Origin: Chiloscyllium plagiosum
Lineage: Eukaryota
Assembly (NCBI RefSeq): GCF_004010195.1
Contig: NC_057719.1
Coordinates: 56,306,123-56,357,478 of the forward strand
Reading direction: 5' to 3'
DNA length: 51,356 nt
How positions within the stretch are numbered: position 1 is the first letter of the stretch; each line of letters opens with the position of its first letter. The notes beneath the pieces are model-generated. The model was not told where the DNA came from. It was given only the letters and a program-made list of their open reading frames with translations, and ran no database searches. Made by a program: the position numbers and the translations under genes. Shown here one piece after another: positions 24,961-36,717 of the stretch.

Positions 24961-25539
24961 ATATGCCACTTTGCTGTCTCTTTTCAGTGTTTAAGACAGA
25001 GATTCCCATAATGTGGCTTGTGCCCCCCCCCCCTCCCCTCCCCCAGTGGAGTCATGAGCTGAAATTTTGAGCTGTACTCTTGTAACATGTCCCTGAACTC
25101 TCAAAGGTGTACTGAAGGGTCAAGGCAAGTTTCATGCCTCAAACTGCAGTCATGTGGGAACAATTTAGAGGAGAACTGGTCTAAAAGTCAAAGACTTGAC
25201 TATTTCTAATCAAAAACATGTTTTGTCCAAACATTTCATCTTGTACTCATCAGGAAAATTCACAAGAAATGCAATGAAAAGGAAAACAACATTTATTTTT
25301 CATAAGAAGAGAGTGCTAATTAGCAAGTGGACTCTGAAAAGTAACGGGTTGTCATGGAGAGTGTTCCTGTAAGATAACGACAATTAACTGCCAGGTTTTG
25401 TTTACATTTTGAACCTGTAGCTTTACTCTGATTGCAAGGCATTGCCCTTATAAATGATCCAAAGAATTACTGCCAACTGTTTGTTGAGTTGTAACATATA
25501 CATTATGTGTACATGTTCTTTCTATATGCAAATTTGAGG

Positions 25540-27250
25540 AGACAATGGCATAGTGGTATTGTCACTGAACTAGCAAGCCAGAGACATAGGTAATGTTTTA
25601 ATACCCTGGGGTAGAATCCCACCATGGTATCTGAATTCAATAAAATCTTGAATTAGAAGCCTAACAATGAAACCATAATAAAACCATAGTCAATTGTAAA
25701 AATGGAAAGGAAACTCCTATGCTTATTTGGTTTGGCCTATATGTGACTTCAGACCCACAGCAATGTGGTTAATTCTTAATTGCCCTCTAAACTGGCCTAA
25801 GAAGGCATTCAGTTGTGTCAACCAATAAAATGATCTTAAAAAAGAAACAAACCTGGTCGGACCATCTGGCACTGACCTTGACACTGGAAATGACAATGGC
25901 AAATTCAATCCTGTCAACTCTGAATCACATCCTTACCAATATTTGAGGTCTTATGCCCAAACTTGGGTGATATGGTGATAAACAGTCAAGAGGGAATTGT
26001 TCTGGGAGTCCTCAACATTGATCTGGACCTCTATGAAGTCTCACAGCATCAGATCAAACATGGACCAGAAAATCTGCTGATTACTACATATCACCTTTCT
26101 CATCTGACAAATCAGTACTTGTCCATGTTGAGCACCATTGTGGTGTTCAATGTCCATTACCAAAAGTAGCTTGGCAACAGCACTACTGAGTGAGCTGGTC
26201 AAGTCCTGAAAGACATAGCTGTTAAACTGGATCTATGGCAGATGGTCAGAGAGAAAAACATACTTGACCTCATCCTCACCAGTTTGCCGACTGAAGAATC
26301 ATTTGTCCATAACTCAAGAGTGACAACCTCAGAGATCACCTCCACCGCCCTTGTGGAGATAAAGTCCAACCCTTACACTGAGGATAACCTCCAACGTGTT
26401 GGGTGACATAGCACTGTGCAAAATTGGATAGACTTTGATCGAGCAGCTGAAGACCGGACATCCATTTGGCACTGTGGGCCATCAGCAGCAAATCACACTC
26501 CGATACAACTTGAACCTCATGGCTCGGTATATTCCCTCACTCTACTATTACCAACAAGTCAGGGGATCAATCCTGATTCAATAAAGAGAGCTGGAGACCA
26601 TGACAGAAGCAGCAGAAAGAATACCTAAAAATGAGAGGTCAACTTGATGAAACTAAAAACAGGGCTACTTGCGTGGCAAACAGTCCTAGCTGCAGTTGAT
26701 AGACAGAGCTAAGCCATTACACAATCATTGGATCAGATTACATTCTGCAGTCCTGCCACATCCAGTCATGAATAGTGGTGAACAATTAAACAACTAACTA
26801 GAGGAAGAGACTCTACAAAAACCCTCATCCTCAATCATGGGGGAGCCCAGCACATCAATGCCAATTATAATGCTGAATCTTCAGCCAGAAGTCCCAAGTC
26901 GATAATTCATCTCAGCCTCCTCCAGTGATCCCCAAAATCACTGGTGCCAGTCCTCACCAATTCAATTCACTCCACATGATATCAAGAATGGCTGGAGGCA
27001 CTGGATATTCCAAAGGTTATGGGTCTTGATAAAGTTTCAACAATAATACTGAAGACTAAGATAACTTGCCTCTTTCTTTGTGTCAGGTATGACTCTAGCC
27101 AGAAAAGAGTTTTCCCTGAATTGTGGATATACCTACACCTTATGGACTGCAAAGGTTCAAGAAGGCAGCTCAGTCCCACCGTTTCAAGGAACAATGGATG
27201 CGCAGTAAATGGGCCCAGCATGGCTCATGTCCCATGGATGAATTTTTAAA
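25540..27250 (+). mobile_element. Internally deleted APE-endonuclease LINE (CR1/L2 group) with a tRNA-like 5' head
   Basis: A-box TGGCATAGTGG at 25546-25556 and a degenerate B-box at about 25610-25620; APE remnants FNVHYQK and KNILDLILTSLP; then a jump to the 3' tail at about 27120-27250. Related copy at 41410-42380. Confidence 0.7.
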
Positions 27251-27473
27251 AAGAGAGAGCTCCCTTTTCTAAAATGCTTAGTTGAGAACTCTGGCTATTG
27301 CAACCCAACCTTCTCTGCTCAATAAATGCATTGCGATTCCTACAATTCCATGTATGATAAGATTTCCTTTATCAGCATCCTTATAAACAGGATCTGAGCC
27401 ATTTGGCCACTCTGCAAGCTTGATGCTAAAATAGGTTGCATCAGAGCTATCATGCTAGCTAATGCCCCTGATC

Positions 27474-27768
27474 AGATTAGATTAGATTCCCTACAGAGTG
27501 GAAACAAGCTCTTCAGCCCAACATGTTCACACCGACCCTCCAAAGAGTAACCCACCCAGACCCATTTCCCTCTGACTAATGCACCTAACAGTCTTGGCAA
27601 TTTTGCATGGTCAATTCATCTGACTTGCACATCTTTGGACTGTGGGAGGAAACCCACACAGACACAGGGAGAATGTGCAAACTCCACACAGATAGTTGCC
27701 CAGGGTTGGAATTGAACCTGGGATCCTAATGCTGTGAGGCAGCAATGCTAATCACTGAGCCACCGTGC
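27474..27768 (-). mobile_element. HE1-type V-SINE
   Basis: Reverse complement of gcacggtggctcagtg.ttagca.tgctgcctcacagc (tRNA head), V-domain ctgtgtggagtttgcacattctccc and a (ctaat)n tail. Confidence 0.88.
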
Positions 27769-29049
27769 ATTGTGCAAGCTCATGACTGGGATCAAGACCA
27801 TTTGGTCTTGATCCTAAAAAGTATACAGTCTACTCTAAATAGGATATCTCAAAAGTTTCAGCACAGGATCCTGCAGTCAAGCCAAAAAGACAATCTGCCT
27901 ATCACACAAACATAGTAAGTCAATTTCAGCTCCAATACTTTCAAATCCCAAAACGTCTTATCTAAATTTTGATTGGACCATTTTTATTAAGCAGTTCTAG
28001 TGTGCAAAGAATTATGCTGACATAATTCTTTTAAGATTGTCAGTCAGGATTACAATGTGGCACACCTGTGCACACTGAAAGCTACATACATAATATACAG
28101 GGGCCTATTATTTGCAGACTGAAAGAACAAATGTGCATCACTACACCTGTTCCAATTCAACAATTATAGATGATAGCCATTCTCTGTTACCTTGCTCAGG
28201 CACAGCCTAGACCAATCAATGCCAACGTGACTGTTTCAAAATTTAAATGCCGTGTAGCAGTTAAATGTCAGTCATCATCTAATTGGTGCATTCTCCATGG
28301 TAATGCCTTTACCAATCAGATTCCAATTGTGAAGTAATCAGCATATCCTATCATACAGTATATATGTTGTTTCCCCATATATTGATTTTTCAAGTGAATT
28401 GCTTTGATCTGTGCAAGATTGAAACCTTCAACAAGTGTCTGCAACACTCAAGTCAGAATTCTACAACACTGATGCTAGGGATCAGCTCCTAATATTTTCT
28501 CCGCATCATGCCCATTATTGAATCTCTGCTTTTGTCCCTTGATGACTAAAACAGAAGGTCAGACTAAGGGTGCAAGAACTTCCTTCTCTTTCCAAGCAAG
28601 GGTGAGTTTCCTTGAAACTTCTCTTGCTATCTTGCTGTAATTTAGGACTAGAACCTGATTTTACACATAAAGAGTTCACTGCAGTTAAGATAGCATTGAG
28701 AGAGAAATCAAATGAAAATGTATTATCTATGTGAGGGCTGATTCTAATACCCTGGGCTTGGTTACATCTAACTACTTTGGCTTTAGAGTTCAGTATACTA
28801 TTTTAGTTGCTGCAATATAGTGCTTAGATATGTTGGCATTTAAGTTTATAAGAGATGAGTGGAAATTCTAGTGAATAAGTAATTTGGAGGCTCAGGCTAC
28901 TACTCATTCAAATTCTATCATGACTACTGGTGGAGTATAAATTCATTCAATATATCTGCAATTCAAAGCTAGTCTTTACACTTGTGACAATGATTGACTG
29001 TTGCAAAATTCCATCTGGTTCACTAATATCCTTTAGTGAAGGAAACTTC

Positions 29050-29986
29050 ACTAAAGATCTAGATGAAGGAACTTAGCATTCTGGCTAAGTTTGCAGGTGA
29101 TACAAAGATAGCTCGAGGCTCAGGTAGCATTGGGGAGATGGGAAGGCTGCAGAAGGACTTGGACAGGGTTAGGAGAGTCCACAAAGAAGGGGCAGATGGA
29201 AAACAATGTGGGAAAGTGCGAGGTCATGCAGCTTAGTAAGAAGAATAGAAGCATGGACTATTTTCTAAGTGGGGAGAAAATTCAGAAGTCTGAAGTGCAA
29301 AGAGATTTGGGAGTTCTAGTCTAGGATTCTCTCAAGGTAAACTTGCAGGTTGAGTCAGTAGTTAGGAAGGCAAATGCAATGTTGGCATTTATTTTGAGAG
29401 GATTTGAATGTAAAAGCAGGGATGTAATGCTGAGGCTCTATAAAATTTAGAATATTATGTGCAGTTTTGGGTCCCACATCTCAGGAAGGATGTCTTGGCC
29501 CTGGAGTGGGTTCAGAGGAGGTTAACAAAAATGGTCCCAGGAATGAAAAGTTTAACCTATGAGGAACATTTGAGTACTCTGGAACTATACTCGATGGAGT
29601 TTAGAAGGATAAGAGGGGGATCTATTTGAAACTTACAGAATATTGAATGGCCTGGACAGAGTAGATGTTGGGAAAATGTTTCCATTGGTAGGAGAGACTA
29701 GGACCCTTTGAGTAAAGGGGAGACCTTTTAGAATGGAGATAAGGAGAAATGTCTTCAGCCAGAGAGTGGTGAATCTATGGAATTCACTGCCACAGAAGCC
29801 TGTGGAGACCAGGTCATTGAGTATATTTAAGACAAAATAGATAGGTTTTTGATTGTCAAGGGCATAAAGGATTTCAAGGAGAATGTGGCAGAATGGGGTT
29901 AAGAAACATATCAGCCATGATTGTTTGGCAGAGCAGACTCAATGGACTGAATGGCCTAATTTGTGCTCCTATGTCTTGTGGTCTTA
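29050..29986 (+). mobile_element. CR1 LINE RT and 3' fragment nested inside a SINE-like element
   Basis: LAKFAGDTK, QMENNVGKCEVMQ and VQRDLGVLV; the 3' tail ends gctcctatgtcttgtggtctt. A second partial copy lies at 30133-30270. Confidence 0.85.
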
Positions 29987-30270
29987 TACATGGTCTGGCC
30001 TCCACGTGACTATGGACCACAGTAATGTGGTTGATTTGTAACTGCCCCCTGAAATATCTCAACTAAATAACTCCATAAAGCCAACAATTTTTGGCTTTAT
30101 CAGTGATACGCACATTCCTGTGAAATAAATGAAGAATGGTCTGGACAGAGTAGATGTTGGAAAGATGTTTCCATTGGTAGGGAGAGACTAGGACCCGAGA
30201 GCACACCCTTAGAGTAAAGGGAAGGCCTTTTAGAAAGGAGATCAGGAGAAATTTCTTCAGCCAGAGAGTG

Positions 30271-30596
30271 GACGGCATGGTGGCTCAGTGATTAGCACTG
30301 CTGCCTCACAGCACCAGGGACCTGGGTTTGATTCCAGCCTCAGGGCAACCGTCTATGTGGAGTTTGCACATTCTCCCTGTGTCTGTGTGGATTTCCTCTG
30401 GTTTCCTCCCACAATCCAAAGATGTGCAGGTCAGGTGAATTGGCTGTGCTAAATTGTCTGTTGTGTTAGGTGCTTTAGTCAGGGGTAAATATAGGGTAGG
30501 GGAATGGGTCTGGGTGGGTTACTCTTCAGAAGGTCCATGTGGACTAGTTGGGCAGAAGGGCCTGTTTCCATACTGTAGGGAAACTAATCTATTAAA
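30271..30596 (+). mobile_element. HE1-type V-SINE
   Basis: ggcatggtggctcagtgattagcactgctgcctcacagc...gtggagtttgcacattctccc...gggcctgtttccatactgtaggg. Confidence 0.88.
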
Positions 30597-31079
30597 AGAA
30601 ATGCCCATACCTGAACTTGGCTGTTGTGAGGCTATTTGTAATTTATTTTTTACCATGTTTTTTCAACTCTGTTTAATGCTTTACATTTGCCTTCCCTCCA
30701 TAATGTGCCTTTTTACTGTTACATATCTAGATTTGTCTATCCACCAATGCATCCCTAAATAACTTGTACTGCCAAAGTTGCATCTACAAATTCAACTATG
30801 CTTCCTAGTTTTGTACGCCCACATGTACTGACAACACAAATTGACTACCTTCACTTCTCTATAAAGATTTCTTGTGTTAAGGTCTTTTACTTTAATTTTG
30901 TGATCATAGGCCATGTAATGGAATAAGTTTACTAAATTAATAACATGAACATTACAAAATTAACAATTTAAACAATGAGTTAGCTTTAATATACCAAAAG
31001 AAACAACTATTTATTGTCTACAAGGGACTTTTATGTCTTTTTAAGGTTTTGGTCTAATCTGCTCTTGATGTTTATACAG

Positions 31080-31213
31080 GATACCTTAGTCGAGTAAAGG
31101 CTACAGTGGACTACATTGGTCACGACTGTAGATTCCTTACTTTCAAGTCTGGAGACTCAATATTTGTTTATTTTAAGTTGACTGGGAAAAAAGATGATTT
31201 ATGGGCTGGAAGT
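31080..31213 (+). CDS. MIA2: MIA2 coding exon 2 (RYLSRVKATVDYIGHDCRFLTFKSGDSIFVYFKLTGKKDDLWAGS)
   Basis: Acceptor tttatacag; donor GTAAGT at 31214; phase 1/0. Core of the MIA SH3-like domain (DY-x-G-x-DCR, LWAGS). Confidence 0.95.
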
Positions 31214-31649
31214 GTAAGTATTGTATTTTGTGGTATAATACTTTGTTTCAAAATATATTCATGTTCCATTTTTGTAGAATTGATTTGTTTCATTATATTC
31301 CTACCTCATGGGCCAATTGATAGTAATTTGCGATATTGTGCATGCCTCACCACTTCCATGGTTAACCAACTCCAGACTGACAGCAACATTCATATATAAA
31401 GACATACTAAAATCTCCCAAGCAGTTCACAGAACTGACAAAATTGACACCGAGCCAAAGAGGTAAATAATAGGATGGATGAGAAAATATTCAGCTGAGGA
31501 GGTAGGTTTAAAGGATGGAGAGATTGGCAGTTCCATGGCAATGCATGTCTGCCAATGGTGGGGTAAAAGTAATGAGGATTGCTCAACAGGTCAGAACTCA
31601 ACCAGTACAGTGTTTGTAGAAAGCTGGAGAAGGTAACATATATAGACAG

Positions 31650-32545
31650 AATGAGGTAATGCAATGATTTTAACAGGAATGACAAATTTAACCTCAAGGC
31701 AGTGTTGGATCCAATGGCTGGTAGGAAAGTTAGCTGTGAAGGAGATACAAAAAGTTGTGAAGAGAGACATAAGAGGCAAACATTATCTTGTAAAGTGTGA
31801 GGTTGTTCACTTTGGCAAGAAGAATAAAAAAGAAAAATGTAATTTAAATTGAGCACAGCAGGGTCTGAGTGTCCTTGTACATGATTCACAAAAAGTTCGC
31901 ATGCAGGTACAGCAAGTAATTAGGAAGGAAAATGTCATGTTGACTTTTATTGAAATGAGGTGGTGTTTAAAAATAAGGAAGTCTTGCTAGAACTTGATGA
32001 GCATTGAGCATTGGTGATACCACACCGAGAGTACTGTGGTCTCTTCCTTAAGGAAAAATTAAGAGTGTACTTGAATGCATTTGAGATGTTTCAGAGAAGG
32101 TTCCCTGTGCTGATTTCGGGGATGAGGGGCTTGTCTTATGGGCAAAGTTGAAAAAAATTGGACCTGTATTTGCTGGAATTCTAAAAAAAATGAGAAGTGA
32201 TCTTATTTTAATAATATATTTGAAATATAAGATTCTGAAATCACCTGACTGGGTAGTTGCTGAGAGAATATTTTCCTTTGTGAGAATACCTAGAGCTAAG
32301 CAGCACAGATTCTGTAAAATCTTCCATTTAAGCCAGAAATGAGAAGAAAATCATCTGAGTTGTTAATCTTTGGATTATCTCCCCACTGAGTAGTGGAGGC
32401 TGGGTTATTGAGTTTAATCAAGACTGATCTTTGCTCAGGAAGAGACTTGAGGATTGTGGGGCAGTGGGAAGTCAAGATTAATGTCACAATCGAATTAGCC
32501 ATGATCTTACTAAACGGTCTCTTCCCCCTGCCATTTTCTTATGAT
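31650..32545 (+). mobile_element. Degraded CR1 LINE 3' fragment
   Basis: VKCEVVHFGKKNKK, KMRSDL..YKILK and a CR1-type tail (tcgaattagccatgatctt). Confidence 0.7.
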
Positions 32546-33516
32546 TTACAGAAAGATAGAAGACCATGAGGACAGTTTTATAACAGGCACCTAGTGAAGA
32601 TAACCTGATGGATGTGATTTTCAGGAACAGATATGCAGAGGAGCAATGGAAATAAGCTGTGTTACGTAGGTTGGCTTCAGAAATCTCCAATACCTATTCC
32701 TCTGATTCAGTCCTCTTGTGCATTCCCTTCTTTGATGACCATTCTGAAAGGAACCACCCCAGCCTCTGGAAAAAAAGCCCGACACCTTCAGTTTCGACTT
32801 TACATTCTCCCACCCCAATTGTTTTGCAATGTACAGGCCCTATTTTCACTCCCTTAAATCCAATGGATTCTGATTTGAACAAAGTCCATGATTGGTTTAG
32901 CCCTTGCATGACTAAATCTGATTAAACCTCGTCAAACATTTGCACGCTCTGCTTTTCTCTGCCAAAACTGCTCACTTGTGAAGTCTGTAATGCAAACAAA
33001 ACTCCTGGCTTCTTGTCATCATGAAAAACTATCTCCTGAAAGCCCTCTCTCATGCTCCTTCAAGTACCATGGGCAGAATCTTACCAGGCTCTGAATAACA
33101 TGGGCGATGGCAAGAAATCTGGGAGGATTGCGTGAGAGGTCAAGAAAAGCCTATCCTGACATTGGGAACAAAATGTTGCATTTTCCAACAGAGTTTGGGG
33201 TATCGAGACAAGATTCTCATTAGGCATCAGTGAGGTGCCTATTAAGAAGGAATTCTTGTTTATACTTACCTCATTAAATGCACATCTCACCTCATTAGTA
33301 TACAGACGCTTACCATGAGAAGACAAGATGGTGAGAACTCTCGACACTGATATCTGAGCATGTACCTGGTGATTTGACTGGCTGCCTTCTCCTCTAGATC
33401 TCCGTTGGACACCTGGCAACAGCAGCACAAGGCACTCTCCAGGGCATAAGCCCATCCACTGATATTGGCAACTGAGATCTCCCAGCCTGTTAGGACCTTA
33501 TGGGATCTCTCCATAT

Positions 33517-33801
33517 TTTTTAGATTAGTGTGGAAACAGGCCCGTTGGCCCACCAAGTCTGCATCGATCCTCCGAAGAGCAACCCACCCAGATCCATTTC
33601 CCAGACTAATGCACCTAACACCATGGGCAATTTAGCATGACCAATTCACCTGCCCTGCACATCTTTGGACTGTGAGAGGAAACCCACACAGACACTGGGA
33701 GAACGTGCAAACTCCACACAGACAGTTGCCTGAGGCTGGAATTGAACCTGGGATCCTGGTGCTGTGAGGCAGCAGTGCTAACCACTGAGCCACCGTGCCA
33801 C
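33517..33801 (-). mobile_element. HE1-type V-SINE
   Basis: Highly similar to 27474-27768. Confidence 0.88.
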
Positions 33802-34699
33802 CTCAATTCACTTAGAGGATGCTTCTACACTTTAAAGCTTCAGAACGCACCAGCAGCCAGCACTGAATGACTGCTCAAGGACACACTATACATAGCGACA
33901 GGCATCCCAACTCAGAGATTGGACCAGTCTGTAACTCAGGGTATCTTACTTACTCTTTGTGCTCACTCACTTTGAAACTATTTAAATGTCCATGGCCTCC
34001 TTGCCTTGCCTTTTCTTGTGAAGAGAAATCCCAAAATTGTCATTTGGCCAAAACATGGTATGGTTCCCCCAATCTTTTCTCATCCTCATGTTAAAATTCC
34101 TGCCTGTCTTTGCTGTCTCTGTAACCAATTCCAGCCCTTCAGGAATTCTGTGTTTCCACAACCCTGGCTACTGGTGTTTTATGTGCTTCTTTTGCCCACC
34201 ATTGATGACCATGCCTTCAGAAAGTAAAACTATGAGCTCTCAAATTCCCCCTCTGAATCTTGTCACCTCTCTACCAGTCTGCCCTGCTTTAAGATGGTCC
34301 TTAATACATTTTGACAAAGACTTTAAACACCTGTTCCAATATCTCCTTTGGCTCATTGTCAATTTTTATTTGATCACGTTCCCTTGAAAATATATTGCTT
34401 CATTAAAGACACTACATAACCCCAAGTGTGTTTGTTAAACACAATGAATGTAATAGAATTAATCGTTGCATTGCTTGCCTATTCAGTGAATTTATATAGT
34501 CCCAAGACCATAAAAAAGTACTTCCTTCTTTATGCAATGCTTTCAGTAACTAGAAATGAGTTGCTTTGTGTTCATCAAGTTTGATAAGTATGAACCTAAG
34601 TTTTTGTATGTAGTGCATCGTGGAAAAAGGGTTTCGTCAACATTGTTTAGTTTTTTTTATGACTCAGAGTACGTACAGTTTTCCAACAATCAGGTGTTT

Positions 34700-34910
34700 A
34701 AAATTAAAAACAAAATATGCTACGCAAACTCAGGCAGTTTTGGAGGGAGAAACAGAGTTGGTGTTTTGAATCCAACAACTTCTTCAGAACTGGACTTGAA
34801 ACATTAACCTTCTTTCTTCCTCCACAGATGCTGCCATAGATGCTGAATTCCCCAGTATTTTCTGATTTTATTTCAGCGCTAATGCATCTGCAGTGTTTTG
34901 CTTTTATCTT
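34700..34910. mobile_element. Old fold-back Penelope-type remnant just upstream of MIA2 exon 3
   Basis: Imperfect inverted arms (gagggagaaacagagttg / ttaaccttctttcttcctc) and the gcatctgcagt tail seen in other copies. Confidence 0.55.
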
Positions 34911-34967
34911 TATGCAAACCTTTATGACTTTCTTCAGTTAACTTGTAATGACTTTCTTCTATTTTAG

Positions 34968-35054
34968 ATAGGAAAACAGTTTGGGTATTTTCCAAAAGAT
35001 GCAGTTCAAGTTGAAGATGTATTAGTGTCAACTGAAATAGAACTACCAACCAAG
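34968..35054 (+). CDS. MIA2: MIA2 coding exon 3 (IGKQFGYFPKDAVQVEDVLVSTEIELPTK)
   Basis: Acceptor ttcttctattttag; donor AAG|GTAACC; 87 bp, phase 0/0; FGYFP motif of the MIA domain. Confidence 0.95.
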
Positions 35055-35295
35055 GTAACCAGTGAATGAATGTACTTAAGTCTAGCTTTATGTTTGCTGC
35101 ATTAAACATTTCATGACAATATCCTCCTGCAAAGTTTTCAAATGTTAATTTTTAGATCCACCCAAATGACACTGAATCATGCCAGAACATGGTTTAGTCC
35201 AGAGCAGAAATATTTGTAAAGTGAGTTTTGAGAAGATTTGTAGCTCAGGTTGAGGTTTTAGATGTAGGTTTGCTCGCTGAGCTGAAAGGTTAATT

Positions 35296-35337
35296 TCCAG
35301 ACGTTTCGTTATCTTACTAGGTAACATCTTCAGTGGA
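35296..35337 (-). ncRNA. Minimal type I hammerhead ribozyme motif (core intact) in the Penelope inverted arm
   Basis: The minus strand reads TCCA-CTGAAGA-TGTTACCTAGTAAGATAAC-GAAAC-GTC-TGGA: stem I TCCA/TGGA, CUGANGA, stem II, GAAA, palindromic ACGT in place of stem III, and the GUC triplet. Confidence 0.75.
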
Positions 35338-36204
35338 CCTCATGTGAAGCAATGCTGAAAATTCCTGCTTTCTATTTATATGTTTGGGTTTTTTTGGTTG
35401 ATAATGTCATTTCCTGTGGTGATGTTATTTCCTGTGATAAAGTCACTTCCTGTTCCTTTTCTCGGGGGTGGTAGATGAGATCTAACTCGATGCATTTGTT
35501 GATAGTGTTCCGGTTGGAATGCCATGCTTCTAGGAATTCTCGTGCGTGTCTTTGTTTGGCTTGTCCTAGGATGGATGTGTTGTCCCAGTCGAAGTGATGT
35601 TCTTCCTCATCTGTTTCTGGATGTGTTATAGAAACCCTAGGCACTCTCCCCTACATCAAGGACATCTCGGAAATGACTGCCAGACTTCTCAGACCCCTTG
35701 GCATCATGGTAGCCCACAAACCCACCAACACACTAAAACAGCAGCTAATGAACTTGAAAGACCCTATAGAGACAATCAGAAAAACTAATGTCATTTACAA
35801 AATACCGTGCAAGGACTGTAACAAACACTACATTGGACAAACAGGCAGAAAACTAGCCACCAGGATACATGAACACCAACTAGCCATAAAAAGACATGAC
35901 CCTCTCTCACTAGTATCCTCACATACGGATGAGGAAAGACACCACTTCGACTGGGACAATACATCCATCCTAGGACAAGCCAAACAAAGACATGCACAAG
36001 AATTCCTAGAAGCATGGTATTCCAACCGGAACTCTATCAACAAACACATCGAGTTAGACCCCATCTACCACCCCCTGAGAAAAGGAACTGGAAGTGACTT
36101 CATTACAGGAAGTAACATCACCACAGGAAATGACATCACCAACCAAAAAAAAACCCAGACATATAAATAGAAAGCAGGAATTTTCAGCATTGCTTCGCAT
36201 GAGG

Positions 36205-36246
36205 TCCACTGAAGATGTTACCTAGTAAGGTAACAAAACGTCTGGA
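36205..36246 (+). ncRNA. Minimal hammerhead motif, likely inactivated (GAAA to AAAA)
   Basis: TCCA-CTGAAGA-TGTTACCTAGTAAGGTAAC-AAAAC-GTC-TGGA; one core substitution at a CpG. Confidence 0.6.
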
Positions 36247-36717
36247 AATTATACTTTCAGCTCAGCAAGCAAACCTACATCCAACATTTGTAAAGTATTA
36301 CCCTGGAATAAAAAAAAAATGCTAATTCTGAACAGTCAATCTGAAAACTGTAGGCAGAACTTCCTCAGCGAACTCACAGTAACAAATGTGTTTCACATCA
36401 GATCTATCTTTTATTGTAATACAAACTAAAATGTATAATTTTTTTCTGATTATTGCTAACTTTCATTTCAACTTTCATTTTCAATTCTTTAACATAAGCT
36501 ATAGTTAGAACTTTATTCAGAATATTCTTCTCAAAGTAAGCTTTCTATCTTAGTATTTCTTAATCTTCTCTTTATCATCGAGGTATTTATTCCATTGTCA
36601 ATGCCTGCATCTAAATTAAAACAACCCACAGAATAAGCACAGAAAAACAAAAGGTTGTGCATGGATCCTAAATCAGGGTTATAAACTTAAGACTATGAAT
36701 GTTTTATTTTTCCCCAG

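Larger units (their letters stand above)
35223..36285 (+). mobile_element. 5'-truncated Penelope-like retroelement (uninterrupted GIY-YIG frame 35631-36170) with an inverted 3'-end copy, in MIA2 intron 3
   Basis: NVIYKIPCKDCNKHYIGQTGRKLATRIHEH motif. About 35260-35614 is the reverse complement of 35925-36285. 11-bp TSD ATTTGTAAAGT at 35212-35222 and 36286-36296. Same family as 10586-11443. Confidence 0.93.

Noticed and set aside
27720..27768. tRNA-like A/B boxes (also 30271, 33750, 25546, about 50500) as tRNA genes
   Set aside because: They are SINE/LINE heads continuous with repeat bodies, with no complete cloverleaf.
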